Below the pieces are notes generated by a model, which saw only the letters and a program-made list of their open reading frames with translations, was not told where the DNA came from and made no database searches. Below, one piece after another: positions 40,578-50,542 of a DNA stretch of 64,000 nucleotides. The stretch is from Alphaproteobacteria bacterium (GTDB lineage: Bacteria; Pseudomonadota; Alphaproteobacteria; GCA-2731375): positions 1-64,000 of the forward strand of contig CBDDBZ010000028.1 in NCBI GenBank assembly GCA_965225945.1. Reading direction: 5' to 3'. Both the position numbers and the translations under genes were made by a program. Every line of letters starts with the position of its first letter. Positions within the stretch are counted from its first letter, which is position 1.

Positions 40578-42185
40578 ATGCCACGAATTTGGACGGCGAC
40601 GCGACGCACCGCGATCGCTGCGTTGGCGGCGGCACCGCTGGCGCTGGGGCTGGGCTTCGGCTCGGCGGCGGCGGAATCGGTGCTCCGCATCGTGCCGCAC
40701 GCGGATCTGAAGAACCTGGATCCGATCTGGACCACGGCCTACATCACGCGCAATCACGGCTACATGGTCTACGACACGCTGTTTGCGCAGGACGAGAATG
40801 GGAAGATCCAGCCCCAGATGGTGGGCGAGCATTCGGTCAGCGCCGACGGCCTGGTTTACACCTTCACGCTTCGCGACGGCCTGAAGTGGCACGACGGGGA
40901 CCCGGTGAAGGCGGAAGACTGCGTCGCCTCGATCAAGCGTTGGGGCAAGCGCGACGGCATGGGCCAAAAGCTCATGGACTTCACCAAGGAGTTGAAGGTC
41001 GTCGACGACAAGACCTTCACCCTGACCCTGAACGAGCCTTACGGCCTGGTGCTCGCTTCGATCGGCAAGATCAGCTCCAACACCCCCTTCATGATGAAGA
41101 AGGTGCACGCCGACGTAGACGCCTTCGAGGCGGTGCCGGAAGTCATCGGCTCGGGTCCGTTCCGCTTCGTCAAGGACGAGTGGGTGCCGGGCGCCAAGGT
41201 GGTCTACGCCAAGAACACCGACTACAAGCCCCGGGCCGAGCCCGCCTCGGGCGCGGCCGGCGGCAAGGTGGTGCATTTCGACCGGGTCGAGTGGATCTAC
41301 ATCCCCGATCCGGCGACGGCGATGAACGCGCTGATCAACGGCGAGGTCGATCTGTGGGAGACCCCGGCGGTCGACATGGTGCCGTTGCTGGCGAAGGATC
41401 CCAACATCGAGATGGCGGTGATCGATCCGCTCGGCACCCAGGGTTGGCTCCGGCCCAATCACCTGCACCCGCCGTTCAATCATCCGAAGGCGCGCCAGGC
41501 GCTGCTCTACGCGGTGAACCAAGAGGAATACCTGCAGGCGATCGTCGGCGATCCGAAGCTCTACAAGGTGTGCGCGGCCTACTTCATCTGTGGCACGCCG
41601 AACGAGTCGGATGTCGGCACGGAGGCCCTTAAGGCGCACGACAAGGCGATGGCCAGGAAGCTCCTGGCCGAGGCCGGCTACAAGGGCGAGAAGATCATCC
41701 TGATGCAGTCGACCGACATTCCGGTGCTGAACAACGCCGCGCTGGTGACGGCGCAGGTGCTGCGCGAGATCGGCATGGAGGTCGAGGTGCAGGCGATGGA
41801 CTGGTCGACGCTGACCTCGCGGCGGGCCGAGAAGAAGAGCCCGGCCGACGGCGGCTGGAACATCTTCCACACCTACGCCACGGGAGCCGACGCCACCTCG
41901 CCGATCGCCAACATCGGCATCTCCGGTGGTGGAGTCGAGAAGGCTTGGTTCGGCTGGCCGACCGACGAGGTTACCGAGAACCTGCGCGACGATTTCGCTC
42001 GCGAAGCCGATCCGGTGAAAAAGAAGGCGATCATCGACAAGCTGCAGGCGCGGCTGTTCAACCACTTGGTGCCCTACGTCAACTATGGCCAGTGGTTCCA
42101 GCCGGTGGCCTGGCGCAAGGGCCTGGACGGTGTCCTGATCTCGCCGGTGCCGTTCTTCTGGAACATCACCAAGAAGACGGGCTGA
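40578..42185 (+). CDS. Peptide/nickel-type ABC transporter substrate-binding protein (family 5)
   Basis: LDPIWTT, YDTLFA, FTLRDGLKWHDG, IGSGPF. Confidence 0.93.
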   Translation: MPRIWTATRRTAIAALAAAPLALGLGFGSAAAESVLRIVPHADLKNLDPIWTTAYITRNHGYMVYDTLFAQDENGKIQPQMVGEHSVSADGLVYTFTLRDGLKWHDGDPVKAEDCVASIKRWGKRDGMGQKLMDFTKELKVVDDKTFTLTLNEPYGLVLASIGKISSNTPFMMKKVHADVDAFEAVPEVIGSGPFRFVKDEWVPGAKVVYAKNTDYKPRAEPASGAAGGKVVHFDRVEWIYIPDPATAMNALINGEVDLWETPAVDMVPLLAKDPNIEMAVIDPLGTQGWLRPNHLHPPFNHPKARQALLYAVNQEEYLQAIVGDPKLYKVCAAYFICGTPNESDVGTEALKAHDKAMARKLLAEAGYKGEKIILMQSTDIPVLNNAALVTAQVLREIGMEVEVQAMDWSTLTSRRAEKKSPADGGWNIFHTYATGADATSPIANIGISGGGVEKAWFGWPTDEVTENLRDDFAREADPVKKKAIIDKLQARLFNHLVPYVNYGQWFQPVAWRKGLDGVLISPVPFFWNITKKTG

Positions 42186-42271
42186 GGCGAACGGGCGTCG
42201 GGGGGCGTCGGGGCGGCCTCGGCCGGCTCCGGCGCCCGCCACCCCCGAAATCGACCATTCGGTACAATTGA

Positions 42272-43213
42272 ATGTATGCCTATATCGCCCGGCGGCTGCT
42301 GGCGACCATCCCGGTCATGGCGGTCGTCGGCATCTTCGTCTTTCTGCTGCTGCATCTGACGCCGGGCGATCCGGCCCAGGTGATTGCCGGCGATTACGCA
42401 CGGCCCGAGGACGTCGAAAAGATCCGCGAGCGCCTGGGCCTGAACCAGCCGATCTACGTCCAGTTCTTCACCTGGGTCGGCAATTTGGCCAGGGGCGATC
42501 TCGGCACCTCGATCTTTTCCAACCTGCCGGTCTCGAAGCTGATCGGCCAGCGCTTGGAGCCGACCTTGGCGCTGGCCATCGCGACCATCATCTTCGCCAT
42601 CCTGGTGGCGGTGCCGATGGGGGTGATCGCGGCGTGGAAGGCGGGCACGCTCACCGACCGGGTGATCATGGTCTTCGCCGTGCTCGGCTTTTCGGTCCCG
42701 GTCTTCGTCATCGGCTACGCCATGATGTGGCTGTTCTCGATCACCCTCGGCTGGTTCCCGGTGCAGGGCTACAAACCGATCGGCGATGGTTTCTGGCCGT
42801 TCCTGCGCTCGATCACGCTGCCGACGGTGGCGCTGGGCATCATCTACGTGGCGCTGATCGCCCGCATCACGCGGGCCAGCATGCTGGAGGTGCTGAACGA
42901 GGACTACATGCGGACGGCCCAGGCCAAGGGCCTCGACACCACCGCACTGCTGATCCGCCACGCGCTCAGAAACGCCTCGGTGCCGATCGTCACCATCATC
43001 GGCATCGGCATTGCGTTGCTGATCGGCGGCGTGGTGGTGACCGAGAGCGTGTTCAACATTCCGGGCCTCGGCCGGCTCACCATCGATGCCGTGCTGCGGC
43101 GCGACTATCCCATCATCCAGGGGGTGATCCTGGTCTTCTCGGGCGCCTACGTGCTCGTGAACCTGTTGATCGATCTCTCTTACACCCTGCTCGATCCCCG
43201 GATTCGTTACTGA
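42272..43213 (+). CDS. ABC permease, DppB-like
   Basis: PGDPA, GDLGTS, RTAQAKGL, RDYPIIQG. Confidence 0.93.
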   Translation: MYAYIARRLLATIPVMAVVGIFVFLLLHLTPGDPAQVIAGDYARPEDVEKIRERLGLNQPIYVQFFTWVGNLARGDLGTSIFSNLPVSKLIGQRLEPTLALAIATIIFAILVAVPMGVIAAWKAGTLTDRVIMVFAVLGFSVPVFVIGYAMMWLFSITLGWFPVQGYKPIGDGFWPFLRSITLPTVALGIIYVALIARITRASMLEVLNEDYMRTAQAKGLDTTALLIRHALRNASVPIVTIIGIGIALLIGGVVVTESVFNIPGLGRLTIDAVLRRDYPIIQGVILVFSGAYVLVNLLIDLSYTLLDPRIRY

Positions 43214-44112
43214 TGACCGAAGCGCCGATCGAAGCCTTCCGCGACGCCGATTTCGAGGAGGCGGGGCCGAGGCCGGGTCTCTGGTGGCGCTGTCGGGACT
43301 ATACCCGCCGTCATCCGACGGTGGTCATCGGCGCCGGCCTGCTGATCGTGATGGCGATCGCCGCCGTCGCAGCACCCCTGATCGCCGCCGATCCGCTGCG
43401 GCTCAATCCGATAAAGCGGCTCACGCCGCCGGGCGAGGATTTCTGGTTCGGCGCCGACTTCCTCGGCCGCGACGTCTTTGCCCGGACCATTTATGGCGGG
43501 CAGATCTCGCTGATGGTCGGATTCGCGGTAGCGGCGATCAGCACCGTCGTCGGCCTCACCATCGGCCTCTTTGCCGGCTACGTCCGCTGGGTCGACGCGA
43601 TCGTGATGCGGATCATGGACGGGCTGATGGCGATTCCCGGCGTGCTGCTGGCGATCGCGCTGATCAGCCTCGCCGGCGCCAGTGTCAGCAACGTCATCAT
43701 CGCCATCACCATTCCCGAAATCCCGCGGGTCGTCCGCCTGGTCCGCGCCGTGGTCTTGACGGTGCGCGAACAACCCTATGTCGAGGCGGCGGTCTCCGTC
43801 GGCACGCGGTTGCCGGCGATTCTGGTGAAGCACATTCTGCCCAACACGCTGGCGCCGCTGATCGTGCAGGCGACCTATGTCTGCGCCTCGGCGGTGGTGG
43901 TCGAGGCCATCCTCTCCTTCCTCGGCGCCGGCACGCCGCCGGAGATCCCGAGCTGGGGCAACATCATCGCCGAGGGGCGGACCTATTTTCAGATCGCGCC
44001 CTGGATGATCTTCTTCCCCGGCGTCTTCCTGGCGGTGACGGTGTTGGCGGTCAACATCCTGGGTGACGGCTTGCGCGATTCGCTCGATCCCCGGATCGCG
44101 CGACGGATGTAG
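43213..44112 (+). CDS. ABC permease, DppC-like
   Basis: GADFLGRD, YVEAA, HILPN, GDGLRDSLDPR. Confidence 0.93.
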   Translation: MTEAPIEAFRDADFEEAGPRPGLWWRCRDYTRRHPTVVIGAGLLIVMAIAAVAAPLIAADPLRLNPIKRLTPPGEDFWFGADFLGRDVFARTIYGGQISLMVGFAVAAISTVVGLTIGLFAGYVRWVDAIVMRIMDGLMAIPGVLLAIALISLAGASVSNVIIAITIPEIPRVVRLVRAVVLTVREQPYVEAAVSVGTRLPAILVKHILPNTLAPLIVQATYVCASAVVVEAILSFLGAGTPPEIPSWGNIIAEGRTYFQIAPWMIFFPGVFLAVTVLAVNILGDGLRDSLDPRIARRM

Positions 44113-44116
44113 CGCG

Positions 44117-45130
44117 ATGGCGAGCGAGGAACGCCCGATCCTGGAGATCGACGACCTGCGCACCTATTTTCACACCCGCGACGGCGTGGTGCGCGCGGTC
44201 GACGGGGTCTCGCTTTCCGTCGGCCGGGGCGAGACGCTCTCGATCGTCGGCGAATCCGGCTGCGGCAAGAGCGTCACCGCGTTGTCCATCCTGCGCCTGC
44301 TGGAGATACCGCCGGCTAGAATCGAGAGCGGGCGAATCCTGTTCCAGGACGAGGATCTGCTGCTCGCCAGCGAGGAGCGGATGCGGGAGATCCGGGGCAA
44401 CCAGATCTCGATGATCTTCCAGGAGCCGATGACCTCGCTCAATCCGGTGATGCCGGCCGGCCGGCAGATCGCCGAATCGCTGGAGCTGCACCAGGGCCTC
44501 TCGCGCCACGCCGCCGCCGATCAGGCGATCGAGATGCTCGATCTGGTACAGATTTCGGAACCGCGCCGGCGCGCCGAGGAATACCCCCATCAGCTGTCCG
44601 GCGGCATGCGCCAGCGGGTGATGATCGCCATGGCGCTCGCCTGCAACCCGGCGATCCTGATCGCGGACGAGCCGACGACGGCGCTCGACGTCACCATCCA
44701 GGCGCAGATTCTCGACCTGATGGGGCAACTGAAGGAGAAGATCGGCGCCGCCATCATCTTCATCACCCACGACCTGGGCGTGGTGGCGGAGACGGCGCAG
44801 CGGGTCGTGGTGATGTACGCCGGCCGCAAGGTGGAGGAGGCGTCCGTCGCCGACCTCTTCGCCCGCCCGCTGCATCCCTACACGCTCGGCCTCATGGGCT
44901 CGATCCCGAAGCTCGCCCACTTGGCGAGAGCGGGGAAGCGCGGCCGTCTGAACGAGATCCCGGGCGTGGTGCCCTCGCTCCGGCGCGCGATTCCCGGCTG
45001 TGCCTTCGCGCCCAGGTGTCCCCACGTCCAGGAACGCTGCCGGGCCGAGGCGCCGAGGCTGGATGCGCCGGGCGACGGCCGCCTGGTGGCCTGTTGGGAG
45101 TGGGCGCGGGTGGCGGAGGAGGCGGCATGA
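44117..45130 (+). CDS. ABC ATPase, DppD-like
   Basis: [29 protein letters not shown]. Confidence 0.94.
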   Translation: MASEERPILEIDDLRTYFHTRDGVVRAVDGVSLSVGRGETLSIVGESGCGKSVTALSILRLLEIPPARIESGRILFQDEDLLLASEERMREIRGNQISMIFQEPMTSLNPVMPAGRQIAESLELHQGLSRHAAADQAIEMLDLVQISEPRRRAEEYPHQLSGGMRQRVMIAMALACNPAILIADEPTTALDVTIQAQILDLMGQLKEKIGAAIIFITHDLGVVAETAQRVVVMYAGRKVEEASVADLFARPLHPYTLGLMGSIPKLAHLARAGKRGRLNEIPGVVPSLRRAIPGCAFAPRCPHVQERCRAEAPRLDAPGDGRLVACWEWARVAEEAA

Positions 45131-46122
45131 GCACGAGCGGACCGGTGCTCGAGGTCCGCGACCTCAAGAAACATTTTCCGGTCTACGCGGGCCTGCTGCG
45201 CCGCCGCGTCGGCTCGGTGCTGGCGGTCGACGGCGTTTCCTTCGAGATCGGCCGGGGCGAGACTTTGGGTCTGGTGGGGGAGAGCGGCTCCGGCAAGACG
45301 ACCGTCGGCAAGACGGTGCTGCGGCTGATCGACCCGACCTCGGGCGAGATCCACGTGAACGGCGAGGACGTGACCCGCGCTCGCCCGGCCCGGATGCGGC
45401 TGGTCCGGCGGCAGATGCAAATGGTCTTTCAGGACCCCTACGCCTCGTTGAACCCTCGGCTCTCGGCGCGGCGTATCGTCGCCGAGCCACTGCTGAATTA
45501 CCACGAAGTCCCACGGCCCGAGATCGAGGGGCGGGTCCGGGCGCTGTTTCAACGGGTCGGCTTGCGCCCCGACCAGATGGCGAAATACCCGCACGAGTTT
45601 TCCGGCGGCCAACGCCAACGTCTCGGCGTGGCCCGGGCGCTGGCGCTGGAGCCGGGGCTGATCGTCGCCGACGAGCCGGTCTCCGCGCTCGACGTCTCGG
45701 TGCAGGCCCAGGTGTTGAACTTGCTGATGGACCTGCAGGACGAGCTGGATCTCGCCTATCTCTTCATCAGCCACGACCTGGCGGTGGTCGAGCACATCAG
45801 CCACCGGGTGGCGGTGATGTATCTCGGCAAGATCGTCGAGCTGACCGACCGACGCTCGCTGTTCGAGGAGCCCCACCATCCCTACACCCGGGCGCTGCTG
45901 TCGGCCAATCCCACGCCCGAGCCCGGTGCCAAGCGCGAGCGGATCATCCTGAAGGGCGACATTCCCTCTCCGATCAACCCGCCGAGCGGCTGCCGCTTCC
46001 ACACCCGCTGTCCCGTGGCCGAGCCGCGCTGCTCGGTGGAGGAGCCGGCGATGCGCCTGGTGGCGCCCGGACACCAGGTCGCGTGCCACCTCAGCCCCGC
46101 GATGGCCCGCGGAAGAGGATAA
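45127..46122 (+). CDS. ABC ATPase, DppF-like
   Basis: [34 protein letters not shown]. Confidence 0.94.
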   Translation: MSTSGPVLEVRDLKKHFPVYAGLLRRRVGSVLAVDGVSFEIGRGETLGLVGESGSGKTTVGKTVLRLIDPTSGEIHVNGEDVTRARPARMRLVRRQMQMVFQDPYASLNPRLSARRIVAEPLLNYHEVPRPEIEGRVRALFQRVGLRPDQMAKYPHEFSGGQRQRLGVARALALEPGLIVADEPVSALDVSVQAQVLNLLMDLQDELDLAYLFISHDLAVVEHISHRVAVMYLGKIVELTDRRSLFEEPHHPYTRALLSANPTPEPGAKRERIILKGDIPSPINPPSGCRFHTRCPVAEPRCSVEEPAMRLVAPGHQVACHLSPAMARGRG

Positions 46123-46199
46123 GGGGACACAATACCGGAAGAGGATAAGGGGACACAATACTTAACTTCACGAAGTTAAGTATTGTGTCCCCTTATCCT
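46110..46199. repeat. REP-like perfect hairpin with a duplicated arm
   Basis: 27-bp perfect stem 46142-46168/46173-46199, preceded by a 26-bp direct repeat (46110-46135 = 46136-46161). GGGGACA/TGTCCCC core. Confidence 0.85.
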
Positions 46200-46294
46200 T
46201 GCGTGCCTCGCGATGATGGCGCAGTGCCAGCGGTTCCATAGGATCGAACGGCGGCGCTATGATCCCGCTTTATCCGACAAGGGAGGAGGCTCCG

Positions 46295-47215
46295 ATGACC
46301 CGCCGCTTGACCGTCGCCGCCGCGCAGATGGGCCCGATCGCCCGGGACGAGCCGCGCCAGTCCACCGTCGCCCGGATGTGCGACATGATGCGCGAGGCCA
46401 AGGGCAAGGGCGCCGATCTGGTGGTCTTTCCCGAACTGGCGCTGACCACCTTCTTTCCCCGCTGGTATATCGAGGACGAGGCGGAGCTCGACGCCTTCTA
46501 CGAGACGGCGATGCCGAACGCGGCGACGGCGCCGCTGTTCGCGCTCGCCCGCGAGCTCGGGCTCGGCTTCTACCTCGGCTATGCGGAGTTGGTGGAGGAG
46601 GCGGGCGGAATGCGCCGTTTCAACACCTCGATCCTGGTCGACGCGGGGGGCGAGATCGTCGGCAAGTATCGCAAGGTGCATCTTCCGGGCCACGGCGAGC
46701 ACGAGCCCTGGCGGCCCTTCCAGCACCTGGAGAAGGCCTATTTCGAGCCGGGCGACCTCGGCTTTCCGGTGTTCGAGGCCTTCGACGGCACCTTGGGCAT
46801 GTGCATCTGCAACGATCGCCGCTGGCCGGAGACCTATCGGGTGATGGGCCTCCTCGGCGTGGAGCTGGTCATGCTCGGCTACAACACGCCCACGCACAAT
46901 CCGCCGGTGCCCCAGCACGACCACCTGATGTGGTTCCACAACCACCTCTCGATGCAGGCGGGCGCCTATCAGAACGGCACCTGGGTGGTGGGCGTGGCCA
47001 AGGCCGGCAAGGAGGAGGGCTGCGACCTGATCGGCCAGAGCGTGATCATCGCGCCGACCGGCGAGATCGTCGCCATGTGCGCGACCCTGGAGGACGAGGT
47101 GATCACGGCGGCTTGCGACCTCGACCGCTGCGCCGAGATCAAGCAGCAGATCTTCGATTTCGCACGACATCGCCAGCCCCAGCATTACGCCATCATCGCC
47201 GCGCCGAAGGCGTAG
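46295..47215 (+). CDS. N-carbamoyl-D-amino-acid amidohydrolase (nitrilase family)
   Basis: FPELALTTFFPRW, KYRKVHLPGH, FQHLEK, ICNDRRWPE. Confidence 0.9.
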   Translation: MTRRLTVAAAQMGPIARDEPRQSTVARMCDMMREAKGKGADLVVFPELALTTFFPRWYIEDEAELDAFYETAMPNAATAPLFALARELGLGFYLGYAELVEEAGGMRRFNTSILVDAGGEIVGKYRKVHLPGHGEHEPWRPFQHLEKAYFEPGDLGFPVFEAFDGTLGMCICNDRRWPETYRVMGLLGVELVMLGYNTPTHNPPVPQHDHLMWFHNHLSMQAGAYQNGTWVVGVAKAGKEEGCDLIGQSVIIAPTGEIVAMCATLEDEVITAACDLDRCAEIKQQIFDFARHRQPQHYAIIAAPKA

Positions 47216-47231
47216 TCGATCGCTCGTCGTC

Positions 47232-47915
47232 TCACGGCATCAGGGGAACGCCGGCGATCCATTCGTGCAGCCAGAGCACCAGGGCGCCATAGAGCACGAG
47301 GCCGAGCAGCGGCCGCCACCAGCCGATGGCGCGCCAATCGAGGCGGGTTCGGCCTCGCAGTATCGCGGCGAACGGCAGCCATGAGGTCACCGCCGCGAAG
47401 GCGGCCCAGCCGTCGGGATCCAGGCGGGCCCGCTTGGCGTCGATCAACGACGGCCCCGCCAAGGCCAGGAGACCGAGGCTCGCGAAGAAAACCACCGAGG
47501 CGAGGTCGCCGTTGGCCAGGATATGGGCGCCGGCCCACAGCGCGATCGCCCACATCACCGGGTGGCGGGTGATCGTCAGCACCCCGGACGCCGGCCGCTC
47601 GGCGGCCAGAAGGCGCTCGCCGCCGGCCGACGTCGGAGAGCGCGTCGTCACGCCGATGACCAAAGCCAAGACGGCGAACAGCATGATCAGCGCCGCCCCA
47701 TGCCTCGCCCCGAGGCTCGGCGGCCATAATTCGACGTAGTCCGCCGCCGCGTAGGCAAGGGACATCCACACGAGCAGCCCCAGCGACAGCAGCGAGAAGA
47801 GGGCGAGGTAGGGCTTCTCCCCGATGCGCGCGACGATCCGGCCACGAAGCGACGTGCCCGAGACCCAGAGGTGAAGCGCGGCGAATAGGATGGACGCCAG
47901 CAACAGTGCCGTCAT
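47232..47915 (-). CDS. NnrU-family membrane protein
   Basis: ITRHPVMW, HILANGD, TSWLPF. Confidence 0.88.
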   Translation of the reverse strand: MTALLLASILFAALHLWVSGTSLRGRIVARIGEKPYLALFSLLSLGLLVWMSLAYAAADYVELWPPSLGARHGAALIMLFAVLALVIGVTTRSPTSAGGERLLAAERPASGVLTITRHPVMWAIALWAGAHILANGDLASVVFFASLGLLALAGPSLIDAKRARLDPDGWAAFAAVTSWLPFAAILRGRTRLDWRAIGWWRPLLGLVLYGALVLWLHEWIAGVPLMP

Positions 47916-47955
47916 TGCTTCCCCGGCTCCCTCGCGCGCGTCGCGCGCCGGGTCG

Positions 47956-48222
47956 CTAGGCGCGTTCCCGCGCCGCCAGCACGGCGCGACCCGCGTCGGT
48001 CAGCTTGCAGACCAGCCAGTCGGGCTTCAGCGGGTTGGCGAACCACGGCTCGGCCCAGCCGAAGGCGATGCAGGCGCGAACCGTGCGCGCATCGACTTCC
48101 TGGCCCTCCTCGTCGAAGAGCGGCAGCTTACCTCCCGCCTGCGCCAGGCCGCGCGAAATGTAGCGCAGCTGCGCCGGCGACGGCCGCCGCTCCCCCGTCT
48201 GTTTCCTCCGGGCGACCGCCAT
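47956..48222 (-). CDS. Conserved small hypothetical protein
   Basis: GGKLPLFD...GWAEPWFANPLKPDWLVCKLT; compact and conserved-looking. Confidence 0.7.
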   Translation of the reverse strand: MAVARRKQTGERRPSPAQLRYISRGLAQAGGKLPLFDEEGQEVDARTVRACIAFGWAEPWFANPLKPDWLVCKLTDAGRAVLAARERA

Positions 48223-48278
48223 GACCGGAGACTAGCCCATGCTCGCACCGGGCGGAAGCCGGGGTCGGTTCGACGAGA

Positions 48279-48908
48279 TCAGGCCTGGGCGCTCGGCCGC
48301 GAGGACACCTCGGCGTGCCAGCGCCCGAGGTTGCCGAGCGCCTCGGGTGGACTGGCCTCGACACGTTCGGCGAAATCCACCGTGATCAGGGCCGTGATGT
48401 CGGCGGCCGAATAGGTATCGCCGGCGACGAAGGCGCGGTTGGCCAACTCCGCGTCCAGCATCTCGTGGAAACTCGCCAGGCGGGCCCTGCCGCGTTCCGC
48501 CAGTTCCGGGATCTGCGCCACCTTCGAGGCGCCGCCGAGGGCGCGGCCCTCGAACCTCGGACTGCTGTTCCGCAGGATCTCCAGCGCCGGGTTCATTCCC
48601 TCGTTCTGGACGATGAACTCCCACATTGTGATCCGCGCCGCCGCTTCGGGCGTCCGGCCCAGCAGCGTGGGTTCCGGCTGAAGTTCCTCGAGATAGCGCC
48701 AGATCGCCACCACCTCGCCGATGCCGCTCCCGTCGTCGAGTTCCAGCCAGGGAACCAAGCAGCGTGGGTTCTTGGCCCTGAAGTCGTCCTGGAACTGTTC
48801 GCCGCCGCGCAGGTCGACCTGCTCGGTGGGGATGTCCATCTCCTTCTCGGCCATGAAAATGCGCACCCGCCTCGGATTGGGCGCGGGCTGACAATCATAG
48901 AGTTTCAT
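48279..48908 (-). CDS. Glutathione S-transferase
   Basis: APNPRRVRIFMAEK, NP...VP.LELDDG, YSAADI. Confidence 0.92.
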   Translation of the reverse strand: MKLYDCQPAPNPRRVRIFMAEKEMDIPTEQVDLRGGEQFQDDFRAKNPRCLVPWLELDDGSGIGEVVAIWRYLEELQPEPTLLGRTPEAAARITMWEFIVQNEGMNPALEILRNSSPRFEGRALGGASKVAQIPELAERGRARLASFHEMLDAELANRAFVAGDTYSAADITALITVDFAERVEASPPEALGNLGRWHAEVSSRPSAQA

Positions 48909-49151
48909 GCTTCCTCCCCTTGCCGCGAGCGCCGGGGGCGCGGACCCGCCACCGCCGACCTCGCACCCGCATCTTGCCGGCTTCCCGACGAAGACGCCAT
49001 GGGGGCGCCATGGCAAAGCGCCCGGCCGGGTCCTCGCGAAGCGTGACGGATATGCCGACTTTTGTGGCTGGACGCCCAGCTCGACACGCGATAGCTTGAC
49101 CGTGTGGAGGTTCTGCCCGTCGCTCGCGCGGCGGCGAACGACGGAGACTAG

Positions 49152-49187
49152 AGTGTTGAAAACAGTGTTGAAAACAATGTTGAAAAC
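49152..49187. repeat. 12-bp triple tandem repeat at the cytochrome c start
   Basis: A(G/A)TGTTGAAAAC, three times. Confidence 0.85.
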
Positions 49188-49590
49188 GACGAAAAATCAG
49201 ATGCTTGTCGCCGCCTTCGCGGCGATGTCGCTGCTCGTCGCCGGCGCCGGCGGCGTTTACGCGGCCGAGGCCGACCTCGCCAAGGGCGAGAAGGACTTCA
49301 AGAAGATCTGCTCCAAGTGTCACACCGTGAGCGCCGCCGAGCTCAAGAAGAAAAAACAGGGCCCGGGTCTCCACGGCGTCTTCGGCCGCACGGCCGGCAC
49401 GGTCGAGGGCTTCCGCCGCTTTTCCAAGGCGATCAAGGCCTCCGGCGTCGTCTGGGACGAGGAAACCATGGACAAGTGGCTGACCAAGCCGAAGAAATTC
49501 ATTCCCAAGAGCAAAATGCCCTGGGGCGGCTGGAGGAAGGCCGAACGGCGCGCCAACGTCATCGCCTATTTGATGGAGGCCACCAAATAA
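49153..49590 (+). CDS. Cytochrome c2/c550-type class I cytochrome c
   Basis: Signal peptide, CSKCH heme motif, GPGLHGVFGR, P.SKM axial Met. Start is ambiguous (49153, 49165, 49177 or 49201). Confidence 0.9.
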   Translation: MLKTVLKTMLKTTKNQMLVAAFAAMSLLVAGAGGVYAAEADLAKGEKDFKKICSKCHTVSAAELKKKKQGPGLHGVFGRTAGTVEGFRRFSKAIKASGVVWDEETMDKWLTKPKKFIPKSKMPWGGWRKAERRANVIAYLMEATK

Positions 49591-49676
49591 TCCGCTCACG
49601 CGGCCATCGTTCACGTTGACCTCCGGGCCGCGCGGTATATCTTCTCCCCAGGGACCAGTTCCGCGGGGAAGAGTCG

Positions 49677-50519
49677 ATGTTCATCCAGACCGAGGATACC
49701 GCCAGCGCCGATTCGATGCGCTTCCTGCCCGGCCGAGAGGTACTGGGTGATCGCGAGGTCGCCTTCGCCTCCGCCGAGGAGGCCCAGGCCTCGCCGCTGG
49801 CGCTTCGCCTGTTCCAGGTGGCCGACGTCCGGGCGGTGACGCTCGGGGCTGACGACATCGTGGTCGAAAAGCGCTCCGAGGCGGAATGGCATCACCTGAA
49901 GCCCGAGGTGCTGGCGGCCATCATGGCGCATTTCATGGCCGGCGATGCAGTGCTCGACGATGGCGCCGCCGCGCCCACCCCGCCGGTCGCGGCGACATCG
50001 GAGGCCGACGCCGAGATCATCGCGCAATTGGAGCAGTTGATCGAAGCCCGCGTGCAACCCTCCGTCTCCGCCCAAGGGGGCGAGGTGCGCCTCGCCAGCT
50101 TCCAGGACGGCGTGGTCGAGCTGGAGGTGAGCGGGCCGGCGGTGAGCTTGCTCGGTCCGATCGGCAACATGCTGCGCCACTACGTGCCGGAGGTGACCTC
50201 GGTGCGTGAATACCGCGATACCTCCGCCATGCCCGGGTTGGGAACCGCGACCGGCATCGAGGTCCAGCGTCTGATCGACCAGCAGATCAACCCCGCCGTC
50301 GCCGCGCACGGTGGCCATATCGCCCTGGTCGACGTTAAGGACGAGATCGTCTACATCCGGCTCGAGGGCGGCTGCCAGGGCTGCGGCATGGCGGACGTGA
50401 CCTTGAAGCAGGGGATCGAGTCCACCATTCGCCAACACCTGCCGGATATCGTGGCGGTGCGTGACGTCACCGATCACGCCGGCGGCGACAATCCTTATTA
50501 CCAGCCCTCGCAAAAGTAG
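49677..50519 (+). CDS. NifU/Nfu-family Fe-S scaffold (Nfu_N plus two NifU-C domains)
   Basis: MFIQTE..., SPLA, and a second domain with HGG...GGCQGC. Confidence 0.88.
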   Translation: MFIQTEDTASADSMRFLPGREVLGDREVAFASAEEAQASPLALRLFQVADVRAVTLGADDIVVEKRSEAEWHHLKPEVLAAIMAHFMAGDAVLDDGAAAPTPPVAATSEADAEIIAQLEQLIEARVQPSVSAQGGEVRLASFQDGVVELEVSGPAVSLLGPIGNMLRHYVPEVTSVREYRDTSAMPGLGTATGIEVQRLIDQQINPAVAAHGGHIALVDVKDEIVYIRLEGGCQGCGMADVTLKQGIESTIRQHLPDIVAVRDVTDHAGGDNPYYQPSQK

Positions 50520-50542
50520 CCGCCTCCCCGCCGCCGGGCGAA

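Noticed and set aside
46110-46199. CRISPR array
   Set aside because: Only two abutting direct copies plus one inverted copy, no spacers, and no cas genes in the window.
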